Positions 1 to 8,941 of a DNA stretch of 41,568 nucleotides are shown in pieces (positions within the stretch are counted from its first letter, which is position 1; each line of letters starts with the position of its first letter). A program made the position numbers and the translations under genes. Origin of the DNA: Candidatus Helarchaeota archaeon. GTDB lineage: Archaea; Asgardarchaeota; Lokiarchaeia; Helarchaeales; RDOG01. The stretch covers positions 1 through 41,568 of the forward strand of contig JAHPZH010000003.1 in the NCBI GenBank assembly GCA_019058315.1, given 5' to 3'. Below the pieces are notes generated by a model. That model was not told the origin of the DNA. It ran no database searches and saw only the letters and a program-made list of their open reading frames with translations.

Positions 1-94
1 ATGTAATTGCTGCAAGAATAACCAAAACTAGTGTCATTAACCAAGTAACGAAATATTGAAATTTAAAACTAAGATCTCCTATAAAATCTGTCAT
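1..94 (-). CDS. N-terminus of a probable membrane/secreted protein (runs off window start)
   Basis: Hand translation from ATG at 94: MTDFIGDLSFKFQYFVTWLMTLVLVILAAIT..., hydrophobic, no stop before the window edge; not in ORF track. Confidence 0.55.
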   Translation of the reverse strand, partial: MTDFIGDLSFKFQYFVTWLMTLVLVILAAIT

Positions 95-289
95 TTTATC
101 AACCTTTTAAATAATTTCTTCAATTTCGATTTCTTTTGATTATTTTATATTGTGAAAAAAGCCAGGCATGATAAATCATTTAAAAGTGTTTCTATAATAA
201 TTTCTAATATCCCCCATAAGCAAAATCATCTAATACAGAAAGAAAACTATTTTTGAACTTTGCGAAGAAAAAAAAAAGGAAATATTATT

Positions 290-892
290 TTAGAAGGTTA
301 TTTTCCCTGCTTGATATTCTGTAGCGATTAAGGTTGCTGAACAATATTCTCCAATTTTTGTCGATCCAACTTCTACTCTAATATCGCCAGTTATTGCTTG
401 AATACGTAAAAAAACTCTATATTCACCTGCTGATAGATTTAAGCAATGTCCAACTAGAATTACATCAAAGATTTCCCAATTTTGAAACGGTGTATAGGTA
501 AAATTAGCAATATCTAGCTCCCAAGTATTATTTTCAATAACTAGACTGATATTAAAATTATCATCAGTATTCCATTCAGACTCATGACCTTTTGAAAAAA
601 ACTCAAGACGTACATCCGCTCCTTCCTGTACAGTAATATTTAAGGTGTGCACTGTCGAATTTGCTATACTCTCAAAAGTATCCTTCAGAGTGGAATATCC
701 ATAGACTTCTTTTATTACAATTTGAACTATTGGGTCTTGACCAGGATCACCTTTATCTCCCTTTGGTCCTTGTTCTCCCTGAGGTGCAAGTATGGGAATA
801 TTTATCGGTTCTCGGTTATAAGTCATGATACTGAATCCAAGTGCTATAATTCCTAAGCAAATTGCTATTAACACATAGGCTTTTGATTCCAT
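290..892 (-). CDS. Membrane-anchored protein with short collagen-like Gly-X-Y stretch
   Basis: N-terminal TM helix, then GEQ-GPK-GDK-GDP-GQD and a beta-rich C-terminal domain. Confidence 0.75.
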   Translation of the reverse strand: MESKAYVLIAICLGIIALGFSIMTYNREPINIPILAPQGEQGPKGDKGDPGQDPIVQIVIKEVYGYSTLKDTFESIANSTVHTLNITVQEGADVRLEFFSKGHESEWNTDDNFNISLVIENNTWELDIANFTYTPFQNWEIFDVILVGHCLNLSAGEYRVFLRIQAITGDIRVEVGSTKIGEYCSATLIATEYQAGKITF

Positions 893-995
893 AATTAACC
901 CGACACCAATTTGTTTTTAATTCATTTATTTAGATTAAATTTTATTTCTCGTAAGGTCTTTTAAATTTTTAAAAAAGGAGTAATATCATTCCCTT

Positions 996-1154
996 ATGAA
1001 GTATAAAATAGAATATTTTTATTTTGATTACAGTCTGGTATTAACGTGTTCATGTGGTAGAGTTTCCAAGCAATTCGGTTCGAACCATACCAATACATTC
1101 AAGTGTCCTTGCGGGTTAACATATAAAGTGTTGCCAGAAGTAGTTAAAATTTAA
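996..1154 (+). CDS. Small zinc-ribbon protein (52 aa)
   Basis: Hand translation MKYKIEYFYFDYSLVLTCSCGRVSKQFGSNHTNTFKCPCGLTYKVLPEVVKI; CSCG and CPCG knuckles; AAGGAG upstream; missing from ORF track. Confidence 0.7.
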   Translation: MKYKIEYFYFDYSLVLTCSCGRVSKQFGSNHTNTFKCPCGLTYKVLPEVVKI

Positions 1155-1248
1155 TAATTAGTATATATTAATTATAATTGATATATTAATTCAAAGATTA
1201 ATTGAGGATCTTTTTTGAGGAGAAAATTATGAAATGGAGGTTTAAACC

Positions 1249-2235
1249 ATTACTGTAAGACCCGAAGAAATTTTATTCCATTGTGAGAAACATGGCAGAT
1301 TTACAAAGGAAATGACCTATTTTTATAGGATGATAGATTCAAGAATCTCAATAATTAATAAAATTATTATAATTAGCCCGAAGAAGAGAAACCTTGGTGA
1401 AGTACGGATAGATATTGATAAAATCAAAACGATTAAGATGCATAAAGATAGCTTGAAAGGACCGGAACCATATTATGAAATTATTCTTGATAATAAAGAA
1501 AAATTTTTCATTACTTTTGCCTCTACATGGGGTTCTTCTACAAAAAATCTTCATAAACAATTTAAAGAAGTATTAAACCAGAAGTTAGGTATTTCTATAA
1601 AGCAAGGAATAGATAGAACTGGACCACCTGCATTTTCTTTTAAAATGGCTCCCAGAACGAGTTTAAAAGAAGAAAAACCATCATTATTTTTTGCTGAAAA
1701 ACACGGTAGATATTCCGTGCAAAGACCACCAAAAGGATTAAAGGATTCATTTATAAAAATCAGCAAAGAGAATTTAACAATAGCAATAAAGATTTCTGGA
1801 GAGAGAATTAGAGTTCCACTTATAAATATAGATGTTGCTGAAAGAATCGATAGCTCTAAAACAAGTTATGTTGGCACAGCATTATTCGGAACTCCTCCTG
1901 TTCAACAAAGGAAAATTTATACTAAGATTATAACCAAAACGGGACAATCTTTCTATGTAACATTTATAAGCGGAATGTCGGGATGGCAAGTGGAATTACA
2001 TGATGAATTTTATGCAATTTTAAGATCTCAGCTTGATAGAATTGAAAAAGAAAGAGAACTAGAAGAACTTAAGAAAATGCAGAAACCGACTAATGTATTT
2101 TATATTAATATCCCTCCACAAACAAAATTATCAGCTCTCACAACTTTAAAGTGTCCATCTTGTCAAGCACCCTTAGACTATATGCCTCCTTGTAAGTGTG
2201 AGCATTGCGGGGTTATGATTGAATTAATGAAATAG
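1249..2235 (+). CDS. Protein with two tandem PH-like beta domains and a C-terminal zinc ribbon; true start probably upstream of ATG 1312
   Basis: Internal repeat (LFHCEKHGRF...EIILDNKEKFFITF vs LFFAEKHGRY...KIITKTGQSFYVTF), with the first copy starting upstream of 1312 in the same open frame; C-terminal CPSC...CEHC. Confidence 0.65.
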   Translation: MTVRPEEILFHCEKHGRFTKEMTYFYRMIDSRISIINKIIIISPKKRNLGEVRIDIDKIKTIKMHKDSLKGPEPYYEIILDNKEKFFITFASTWGSSTKNLHKQFKEVLNQKLGISIKQGIDRTGPPAFSFKMAPRTSLKEEKPSLFFAEKHGRYSVQRPPKGLKDSFIKISKENLTIAIKISGERIRVPLINIDVAERIDSSKTSYVGTALFGTPPVQQRKIYTKIITKTGQSFYVTFISGMSGWQVELHDEFYAILRSQLDRIEKERELEELKKMQKPTNVFYINIPPQTKLSALTTLKCPSCQAPLDYMPPCKCEHCGVMIELMK

Positions 2236-2258
2236 AATAATTTTGTTTGGTGTTATTA

Positions 2259-2765
2259 ATGACATGTGAGAGTTGCGAAAGAGATAATCTTGAAAAATGC
2301 TATTTCTGTCGAGAATGTTATTTTCAAGCATTGTCAAGAATTCAAAATCTTTCAATTGTTCAGATAAGAAATAACTTGACTTGTGATGAATTATTTCCTG
2401 AGACAGTTCAAACTCGAATGGGAGATTATCTAATCAATGAAGTAAATGAATGCCTACGTTGTTTAGACAACGGACTATGGACTGCTGCAACTTGTATGAG
2501 TGCAAGAATTTTTGAAAATCAATTGAAATATTATGTTCGGAGGAACTATAATAGATATTTTGAAAGCATATTTGCTTGTATAGATTTTTTAGAAAGAATG
2601 GGTTATCCTGATTATAATATAGAGAAATTCGATAGTTTAAGAAGATTGAGGAATGATGCAATGCATGCAACATACGAATTCAATCAAGACGATTCTATTT
2701 ACACTGCTAAACTAGTTTTTCAACTCACTCTAACGATTTTCAGCTCAAAACCACAATTATATTAA
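2259..2765 (+). CDS. Cys-rich N-terminus plus HEPN (DUF4145-like) domain protein
   Basis: CESC...CYFCREC; AATCMSARIFE helix and RRLRNDAMH (Rx4H) motif; ATG 2259 preferred to TTG 2247. Confidence 0.75.
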   Translation: MTCESCERDNLEKCYFCRECYFQALSRIQNLSIVQIRNNLTCDELFPETVQTRMGDYLINEVNECLRCLDNGLWTAATCMSARIFENQLKYYVRRNYNRYFESIFACIDFLERMGYPDYNIEKFDSLRRLRNDAMHATYEFNQDDSIYTAKLVFQLTLTIFSSKPQLY

Positions 2766-2857
2766 TATGGATTTTGATTGAATTTAGGAACATTCTTCAA
2801 ACAATTTAAATATCATAAAAATATTAAAGAAGTGAAATTAAGATGTAAAGACTCATT

Positions 2858-3853
2858 GTGGTAGTTTTTTATATGGATAACGAGCTTCTCGAGAAATTAA
2901 AGAGTGTATTTGATAATCTTTTTTCTAATAGTGAATTTAAAAAAATTTTAGAAAATATTGAAAATAAAAGTGCAATTGATGTAATCACAAATTTTCAACA
3001 AATAGGAATATCATACTTTTTTCAAGATATGCCGAGATTTATCGATCTTTTGGAATTTTATAAATACTTTATTTTAAATGCTGATAAAAATTTTATAAAA
3101 AGTAATATTATTGACAGAAAAATCTACGATAATATAGTAGAAAATGTGAAAAAAGCATTAAAAATCAATTCATCTGAAGTAAAAAGAATTTATCTATCTT
3201 ATAAGAATTCTTTTAAATCAAAATATCCAGTTGTAAAATTAACTGAAACTCTTCTATTTTATCAGAAACTTTTTCCAAATTTGCTGGAATTATCCAAAAA
3301 TACCACTCTAACTGACTTTTCTGATAAAGTTTATGAAATCTTTATTGAGACACTAGAAAATAGCGAACAAGAAGAATTTATGGCTTATATTTTTGATTGG
3401 CTTTTAAAATTTGGATATCTTGTTGAAGGATTCTTAATTGATATCTTAAGAACAGAATTACAATTTCATTATTTATTAAAAAATATAAAATATTCATACA
3501 AAAGAATAATGAAGATGAGATTTTATCAACTTCTAAATGAACTTAGAGAAGACCATACTTTAAGGAATTATAGAAACGCAATTTTTCACACAAATTTCAT
3601 CATTGAATATCAAGTTAATCCAGAAGAAAGAAAAATTATTTTTCTCACTTTAAAAAATGTTAAGAAAGAAATAACCATTAAAAAATTTATTGAATATTAC
3701 TTTAGATTGATTCAAGTCGTTCAATCGTATCAATTGGCATATACTTATGCAGTACCCTTTTCTATGCGAGAAGATGGTCAAATACAATTAATTGAAATAC
3801 TTGATGGATTGATCAAAGAATTAAAAGAACTTAATTCGAAATCGGAAAAATAG
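2858..3853 (+). CDS. Helical protein with C-terminal HEPN-like motif
   Basis: LRNYRNAIFH (Rx4H); likely start ATG 2873. Confidence 0.65.
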   Translation: MVVFYMDNELLEKLKSVFDNLFSNSEFKKILENIENKSAIDVITNFQQIGISYFFQDMPRFIDLLEFYKYFILNADKNFIKSNIIDRKIYDNIVENVKKALKINSSEVKRIYLSYKNSFKSKYPVVKLTETLLFYQKLFPNLLELSKNTTLTDFSDKVYEIFIETLENSEQEEFMAYIFDWLLKFGYLVEGFLIDILRTELQFHYLLKNIKYSYKRIMKMRFYQLLNELREDHTLRNYRNAIFHTNFIIEYQVNPEERKIIFLTLKNVKKEITIKKFIEYYFRLIQVVQSYQLAYTYAVPFSMREDGQIQLIEILDGLIKELKELNSKSEK

Positions 3854-3911
3854 AAGTAATTATAATCAAGGATTTAATCTTTAATTATGTTTAATAATTA
3901 GTGAGTAAAAT

Positions 3912-4382
3912 TTGATTATTTTTCATGTGATAGGTCTCCATTGTGCTGGAAAATCTACATTCATCAAGGAAAAATTTCTAGATGCAGTAGTCCTGGATAT
4001 GAAAAAATTCTATAAAACTCATGACTTCCTACCCGCAACCTCCTATCATGACAGGACCGCACATACATTAGAACATGAATTTCAAGATTGCCTGAAGGAG
4101 GCTAAAAGGAGCAATAGCATTATGGTCGTGGAGAGTTCGGGGACAAATTTGAGGGTGAATCAATTGGTGGCGGAACATAACCATATCACCATCTTGGTCG
4201 TAACTCCCTTGGAAATTGTGAAGGAACGGATTAAGAAGGAGAAAGAGCCGGAGTTTGACGCGGAAACGCTGAACAACGTGGTATTAGAGGGGCTGGCAGC
4301 GGGGAGGTTGCAATATGATACGAAATATTTTACTCAGTTGGATAGATTTTATCCCGACTTGAAAATAAATGAATTTGAATAA
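3912..4382 (+). CDS. P-loop nucleotide/polynucleotide kinase-like protein
   Basis: N-terminal Walker A GLHCAGKST, VVLD, lid-like TPLEIVKERI; high GC. Confidence 0.75.
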   Translation: MIIFHVIGLHCAGKSTFIKEKFLDAVVLDMKKFYKTHDFLPATSYHDRTAHTLEHEFQDCLKEAKRSNSIMVVESSGTNLRVNQLVAEHNHITILVVTPLEIVKERIKKEKEPEFDAETLNNVVLEGLAAGRLQYDTKYFTQLDRFYPDLKINEFE

Positions 4383-4411
4383 ATCTTTTTACACATTTTT
4401 AAAAATTTGAA

Positions 4412-4453
4412 TTTTCGGATCGGTTACGAAAACTTTTTTAACCGGTTCGAAAA
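4412..4453 (+). promoter_or_regulatory. Inverted repeat enclosing a BRE/TATA-like element upstream of the PLD-fold gene
   Basis: TTTTCGGATCGGTTA / TAACCGGTTCGAAAA, 15-bp stem with two G-T wobbles, around CGAAAACTTTTT; ATG at 4464. Confidence 0.5.
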
Positions 4454-4463
4454 AGTATAAATT

Positions 4464-5588
4464 ATGAACAATAAAATTTACAATTATTTAGAAAAGACTT
4501 TCTCTGACCAATCTATTGCTTTTGTCGAACTGGATAAAGTTTCAAAAGATTTAGAAATAACTTCTTATAAAGTAAAAAAAGGGATTGAGAATTTTAAAAA
4601 ATTTACATTAAACCAGATAAATCCCCCTCGTGGACCTTATATTATCACAAGAACTAAAAAATTCGACCAATACGATTTAATATCATACATTTTTCATCTC
4701 AGTGCAGCAGTGTCACCGACTAAAGGAGAAAAAGGGGGAAATATTAGCATAGAACAGAGTTGGGATGAAAATAATAATAAAATTATCAAATTAATGTTAA
4801 AATTCGAGAAACCAAGATACCCTTTCTATATATCAGTTAAAATCATAGAGAGTTATGTGGAATCGAGTTCTCTAGAACTAAAGATAGGTTCTGAGATACA
4901 AATGAATGCAAACGATGCTGAATCACAGTATGTATTCAAAGGTTGGGACTCAAATACTTTTGAATTTACAAAAAGAATAATTGAAGAGAAGCTCAACAAA
5001 TGGTTGATAAAGCGAAAAAACTTTAGGGTTTATGATGCAGCTGAATTCGATAGAGAAATTATTAAAATGAAATTCTTAGAAGAAAAAGATTATACACCTC
5101 AATTAAATGAATTAATCAAAGACTTTAAAAGGAAATTTTTAGAAAAAAAGGATTTTACATCTCAATTAAATGAACTAATTAAAGATTCTTCGGAAAAAAT
5201 TTATTTAACGACCACTTCTTTAATAAAATTTGATATTTTTAACAATCTGTTAAATAAAAAACTTAAGAATCCCGAAATTGATATAAGGATTTTGATCTAT
5301 GTATCACCTGTTATAAAGGTTCAGAAACTTGGAGATTTGATTAAAAAACTATCTGAAGCCGGTATAAAAGTCAAACCTAGGTCATTCGATTCTAACCATA
5401 TTTCATTAATTAGTGAATTAGGAGAATTAAGGGGTCGTCTAAACATTACTGCACCTAACGCAACTACTCTTGATGACATAAATAATTCGAATATTACCTC
5501 AAATCTTGATCTAACCTTTTTTGAAAAAGACTTTTTTAAAATAAAAAGGGATATTTTATTATTTGAGCGAATGTGGGAAGAAAAATAA
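4464..5588 (+). CDS. Protein with C-terminal degenerate PLD-like fold (no HKD motif); possible N-terminal winged helix
   Basis: ELIKDSSEKIYLTT, IDIRILI, LSEAGIKVK and FERMWEE follow the PLD/TrmB-C pattern; HxKxxxxD absent. Confidence 0.55.
   Translation: MNNKIYNYLEKTFSDQSIAFVELDKVSKDLEITSYKVKKGIENFKKFTLNQINPPRGPYIITRTKKFDQYDLISYIFHLSAAVSPTKGEKGGNISIEQSWDENNNKIIKLMLKFEKPRYPFYISVKIIESYVESSSLELKIGSEIQMNANDAESQYVFKGWDSNTFEFTKRIIEEKLNKWLIKRKNFRVYDAAEFDREIIKMKFLEEKDYTPQLNELIKDFKRKFLEKKDFTSQLNELIKDSSEKIYLTTTSLIKFDIFNNLLNKKLKNPEIDIRILIYVSPVIKVQKLGDLIKKLSEAGIKVKPRSFDSNHISLISELGELRGRLNITAPNATTLDDINNSNITSNLDLTFFEKDFFKIKRDILLFERMWEEK
5070..5186 (+). repeat. In-frame tandem duplication, 63-nt period
   Basis: KFLEEKDYTPQLNELIKD / KFLEKKDFTSQLNELIKD, starting at 5070 and 5133. 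Confidence 0.9.
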
Positions 5589-5597
5589 AGAAATTTA

Positions 5598-6584
5598 ATG
5601 TGTTTTCTTATGTCAAAAAATAAAATAATTCGTAAATCTTTAATAGAAGATTTATACCATCATTTCAATAAAAAAATTAATTTTTTGACAAAAGAAGAAA
5701 AAGACTTAATTGAGAACTTTAAATTTAATCAAAGAATTGATACTTATTTTATTGTCCGAGATGTAGAACACAAGAGACATAAAAATAGGGATACTTATTT
5801 TTTATTGATAACCTTACAAGACGTAACAGGTGAGTTTGTTGCAAAAAAATGGGATATGCCCTATCATAAAGCGAAGGGGATTTCGGATGAAATTAAAGGA
5901 AAAATTATTAGAATTAGCGGAATCATTCGAGAGTTTAATGATAGTCTCTATATTGAAATAGACAAGGATAAAGAAATAGAAATTTTAAGTCCAGATAATT
6001 GTAGCGTTGACTTATTGAAAAAGTCAGTAAAAAAATCTCCCGATTATCTACTAGAGCAAATTTTCTTAATAATAGATAATGAGTTAGATGATGATGATTG
6101 GAAAAAACTCGCTAATGCAATACATGAAGATGATAAAATTTGTGAACGTCTTAAAATTGCACCTGCATCCACAAAATTTCATCAAAATTATAGTTCTGGA
6201 TTAATCGAACATATATATGAAATGTTAAAGAAGTTTCTAGATGAAATAAAAAATAATAATTTGAATTGTAACAAAGATTTAGTTATTATGGCAATATTAA
6301 CACATGATATTGGGAAAATTGATTCGTATGACGGATTAGATTATTCATATAAGATAACTAAAAAAGAAAAAAAATGGGGTCATTCTTTAATTAGTATCGA
6401 AATTGTCCTAGAAAAGATATTAGGGATTGAAAATTTTGATGAGAATAAAAAAACGGAATTAATCTATTTAATTGAAAATCATATGAAGAATAAAGTGAAT
6501 TATAAAGATTCTGTGACAAAAGAGTTAAATATATTACGATTATTAGATTCTTACAATGCAGGAATGTCCAAATTTAGACTTTGA
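5598..6584 (+). CDS. YhaM/Cbf1-like OB-fold plus HD-domain 3'-5' exoribonuclease
   Basis: OB fold (LQDVTGEFVAKKW), PASTKFHQNYSSGLIEH, THDIGK, GH and terminal D. Confidence 0.85.
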   Translation: MCFLMSKNKIIRKSLIEDLYHHFNKKINFLTKEEKDLIENFKFNQRIDTYFIVRDVEHKRHKNRDTYFLLITLQDVTGEFVAKKWDMPYHKAKGISDEIKGKIIRISGIIREFNDSLYIEIDKDKEIEILSPDNCSVDLLKKSVKKSPDYLLEQIFLIIDNELDDDDWKKLANAIHEDDKICERLKIAPASTKFHQNYSSGLIEHIYEMLKKFLDEIKNNNLNCNKDLVIMAILTHDIGKIDSYDGLDYSYKITKKEKKWGHSLISIEIVLEKILGIENFDENKKTELIYLIENHMKNKVNYKDSVTKELNILRLLDSYNAGMSKFRL

Positions 6585-6955
6585 ATGTGAGGGATAGATT
6601 GTCAGAAGAAAAGGAACTCATTATAGAGTTCGAGAAATATAGGAAGAATAAAATTGATAATTTCAAGAATGAGTATAAATCACGTCTTAAAGATCGGTTC
6701 CGCTTTTTAGTAGATTTAATAGTCAATAAAATCCCCTTGGACTCGGCTGTGGATTTCAAGGGGTTGAATGGGATGTGTAAATGTGGAAAAAAAATAAGTA
6801 AGGGGTCTTTATACAAGGATGGCACGGTCGTGGGGTCAACCTGTGCAAAAACTTTAAGTGATATTGCCTCCGAATTTTCAATGGTTGAGCAATTTATTTT
6901 ATTAAAAGAAGAGGAATTAAATAGAAAATTAAAAGAATTAAGAGAAAGAATATAA
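6581..6955 (+). CDS. Small Cys-motif coiled-coil protein
   Basis: CKCGKKI...VGSTCAK; TTG start overlapping upstream TGA (TTGA) suggests translational coupling. Confidence 0.65.
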   Translation: MNVRDRLSEEKELIIEFEKYRKNKIDNFKNEYKSRLKDRFRFLVDLIVNKIPLDSAVDFKGLNGMCKCGKKISKGSLYKDGTVVGSTCAKTLSDIASEFSMVEQFILLKEEELNRKLKELRERI

Positions 6956-6972
6956 ATAATAAAAGGGATAAT

Positions 6973-7806
6973 ATGGGAGATTGGAAGACCAAATTAATAA
7001 AATTTCAAACATTACTGGATGATATCGGAAAATCTAGAGGAAATCTAAAATTCGATAAGAGTTTTTTGGCAGTTCACGAACTTGCAGATCAGACCTTTTG
7101 TGAGAAAGCAGCCGAATTAACACAAGCATTAGCAACAACCGAGGATTTTCAACCAACCGAGCAGCAGCTGGTCGGGAAGATGTCTCACGAAAAGTTGACT
7201 GAAGATGGCGTCCCAATATCTTTCTTAAATATTTGGAAGGAGATATATGAAAGGAAGAATTGTTATGTTCATGAGATGTTGTTGGCAGCTAATTATCAAG
7301 GAGTGGGAATATTGGGCAAACCAGACTTGGTCTACTTCGAGAGTGCTGTTCCTCGCTTCATTTTCGAATTTAAATTCAGTAAGCATTACAAGCCTTTTGC
7401 TAATTACCATGTGCAAGCACAAGTCTATGGTTACCAATTGAACCAAATGGGGTTTGACACGACGGACCTTTTTTACGCGTTCATAATTGCAAAACCAAGG
7501 TGGAAAAATAACATTGAATTCGTAAAATTAATACCAAAAAGGACAATGGAACGATTTCACAAGGATAAGCTATACGAACTAGACCAGAGCATGATGACTT
7601 TCAATAATATCGGAGTATATATAAATAAGTTCATTCCAGAAAAAGCGATAAAAGAATTAGACTTTTGCCTAGGTTATTGGTTGGATAAGAGGAAAGCCAT
7701 ACCGACACAGAATAAGAACAAGTGCAGGAGTTGCAAGGTCAAGAAGCATTGCAAATTTTATTTAATGAGACAAGATTGGAAAGGAAGGAAGTTTTATGAT
7801 AGATGA
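6973..7806 (+). CDS. Solo Cas4/Exo5-like PD-(D/E)XK nuclease with Fe-S cysteines
   Basis: FCE, GxxxH (GKMSH), GKPD, EFK, QAQVYG, C-terminal CRSCKVKKHC. Confidence 0.85.
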   Translation: MGDWKTKLIKFQTLLDDIGKSRGNLKFDKSFLAVHELADQTFCEKAAELTQALATTEDFQPTEQQLVGKMSHEKLTEDGVPISFLNIWKEIYERKNCYVHEMLLAANYQGVGILGKPDLVYFESAVPRFIFEFKFSKHYKPFANYHVQAQVYGYQLNQMGFDTTDLFYAFIIAKPRWKNNIEFVKLIPKRTMERFHKDKLYELDQSMMTFNNIGVYINKFIPEKAIKELDFCLGYWLDKRKAIPTQNKNKCRSCKVKKHCKFYLMRQDWKGRKFYDR

Positions 7807-7822
7807 GAGGATAATTATACCC

Positions 7823-8941
7823 TTAGAAAATTTCATTTTTAAGATAGTCAGATAAAAAATCATCCAACAATGCTTCTCCAACCGATATTGGATACCATTT
7901 TCTACCCCAATCCGAATCAAGGTAAAATCTAAGATAGAAATCAATACTGTAAATTCCTTCATCCTCCCATATAAACAATCTATCAAGAAATCCTTTAATG
8001 GCTAACTCCCTAGTATTAGGAGTAAAGGGTGAAAAATCAATATTATTAATGATTTTTTTAAATTCTCTAGTCCATTTGGCTTTAAATTTTATACTCATAT
8101 CCATGATATAGGTAAAATCCTGCGTAAAATCCTCCAATTTTTCATTTAAAAATGGATATTTGTCTTTATTAATAAAATAATATTCTAATAATTTATTAAT
8201 AATGTAACTGTAAGTATTATTTCTCGTGATTAATTCATTATGTAAAAAAGTCTCTCTTCCTAACTTTTTTTCTAATTCTATTATCTCCTTATTAAGTTTT
8301 TTAGAATTGAAATATAGACCATCAAAAATATAACCAAAAAAGAGTTCCTTTGCAACTCCTCCATAATCCTTAAAATAAATTCTGGGAACGTACCAACTTC
8401 TTAATGCAAGCATTAGTTCACCAGATAATTCTTCTAACGAAAAGAGGACTTTATTATGTTTAACATTATAATTGAAAAAACTCGCCAAAAAATCTTTTAA
8501 AATTTCATTTAAATTTTCTGATGGATTTCTATAATTTTCTCTTAATTCTTGAATCTCTTTGTTAATTTTCTCTTTCATAGTTTTAAACCTTTTTTTAGAT
8601 AATTTATATTTTAAGCTATTGATCTTTTTTTGAATTAACTCTTGATATTGGATTATAATTGCTGACTCTTTAAATTCTTGAATAAAAGATTCCTTAAGGT
8701 CATTAACATTAAGCTCAAGTGATTCTCTTAATTGATAAAGAGAAGTTAATTTTCGGAATATTAAAATATACAACATTTCTTGAAAATGGTCATACTTATG
8801 TCTTTTAAAAAAGGGTCTTTTCTTTTTTCTATCATTTCCTCGTAAATAAATCAGACTTTTTATTTCATTATTTAATATTGGCATTAATGGATGATAGATT
8901 TCAAAATTCCCTAATTCTTCTTGGGATTCATAAGGACTCAA
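7823..8941 (-). CDS. Hypothetical helical protein
   Basis: 372-codon ORF in very AT-rich DNA, TTG start, GTGAT SD-like motif upstream; no motif recognised. Confidence 0.7.
   Translation of the reverse strand: MSPYESQEELGNFEIYHPLMPILNNEIKSLIYLRGNDRKKKRPFFKRHKYDHFQEMLYILIFRKLTSLYQLRESLELNVNDLKESFIQEFKESAIIIQYQELIQKKINSLKYKLSKKRFKTMKEKINKEIQELRENYRNPSENLNEILKDFLASFFNYNVKHNKVLFSLEELSGELMLALRSWYVPRIYFKDYGGVAKELFFGYIFDGLYFNSKKLNKEIIELEKKLGRETFLHNELITRNNTYSYIINKLLEYYFINKDKYPFLNEKLEDFTQDFTYIMDMSIKFKAKWTREFKKIINNIDFSPFTPNTRELAIKGFLDRLFIWEDEGIYSIDFYLRFYLDSDWGRKWYPISVGEALLDDFLSDYLKNEIF

Noticed and set aside
1241-1247. TTTAAAC slippery heptamer that might join the uORF at 1229 to the downstream gene
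   Set aside because: It is not in the X XXY YYZ phase relative to the uORF, and a -1 slip there lands on TAA.
996-7806. Integron-like cassette array suggested by co-oriented genes of mixed GC
   Set aside because: No repeated attC-like element found between successive genes and no integrase in view.
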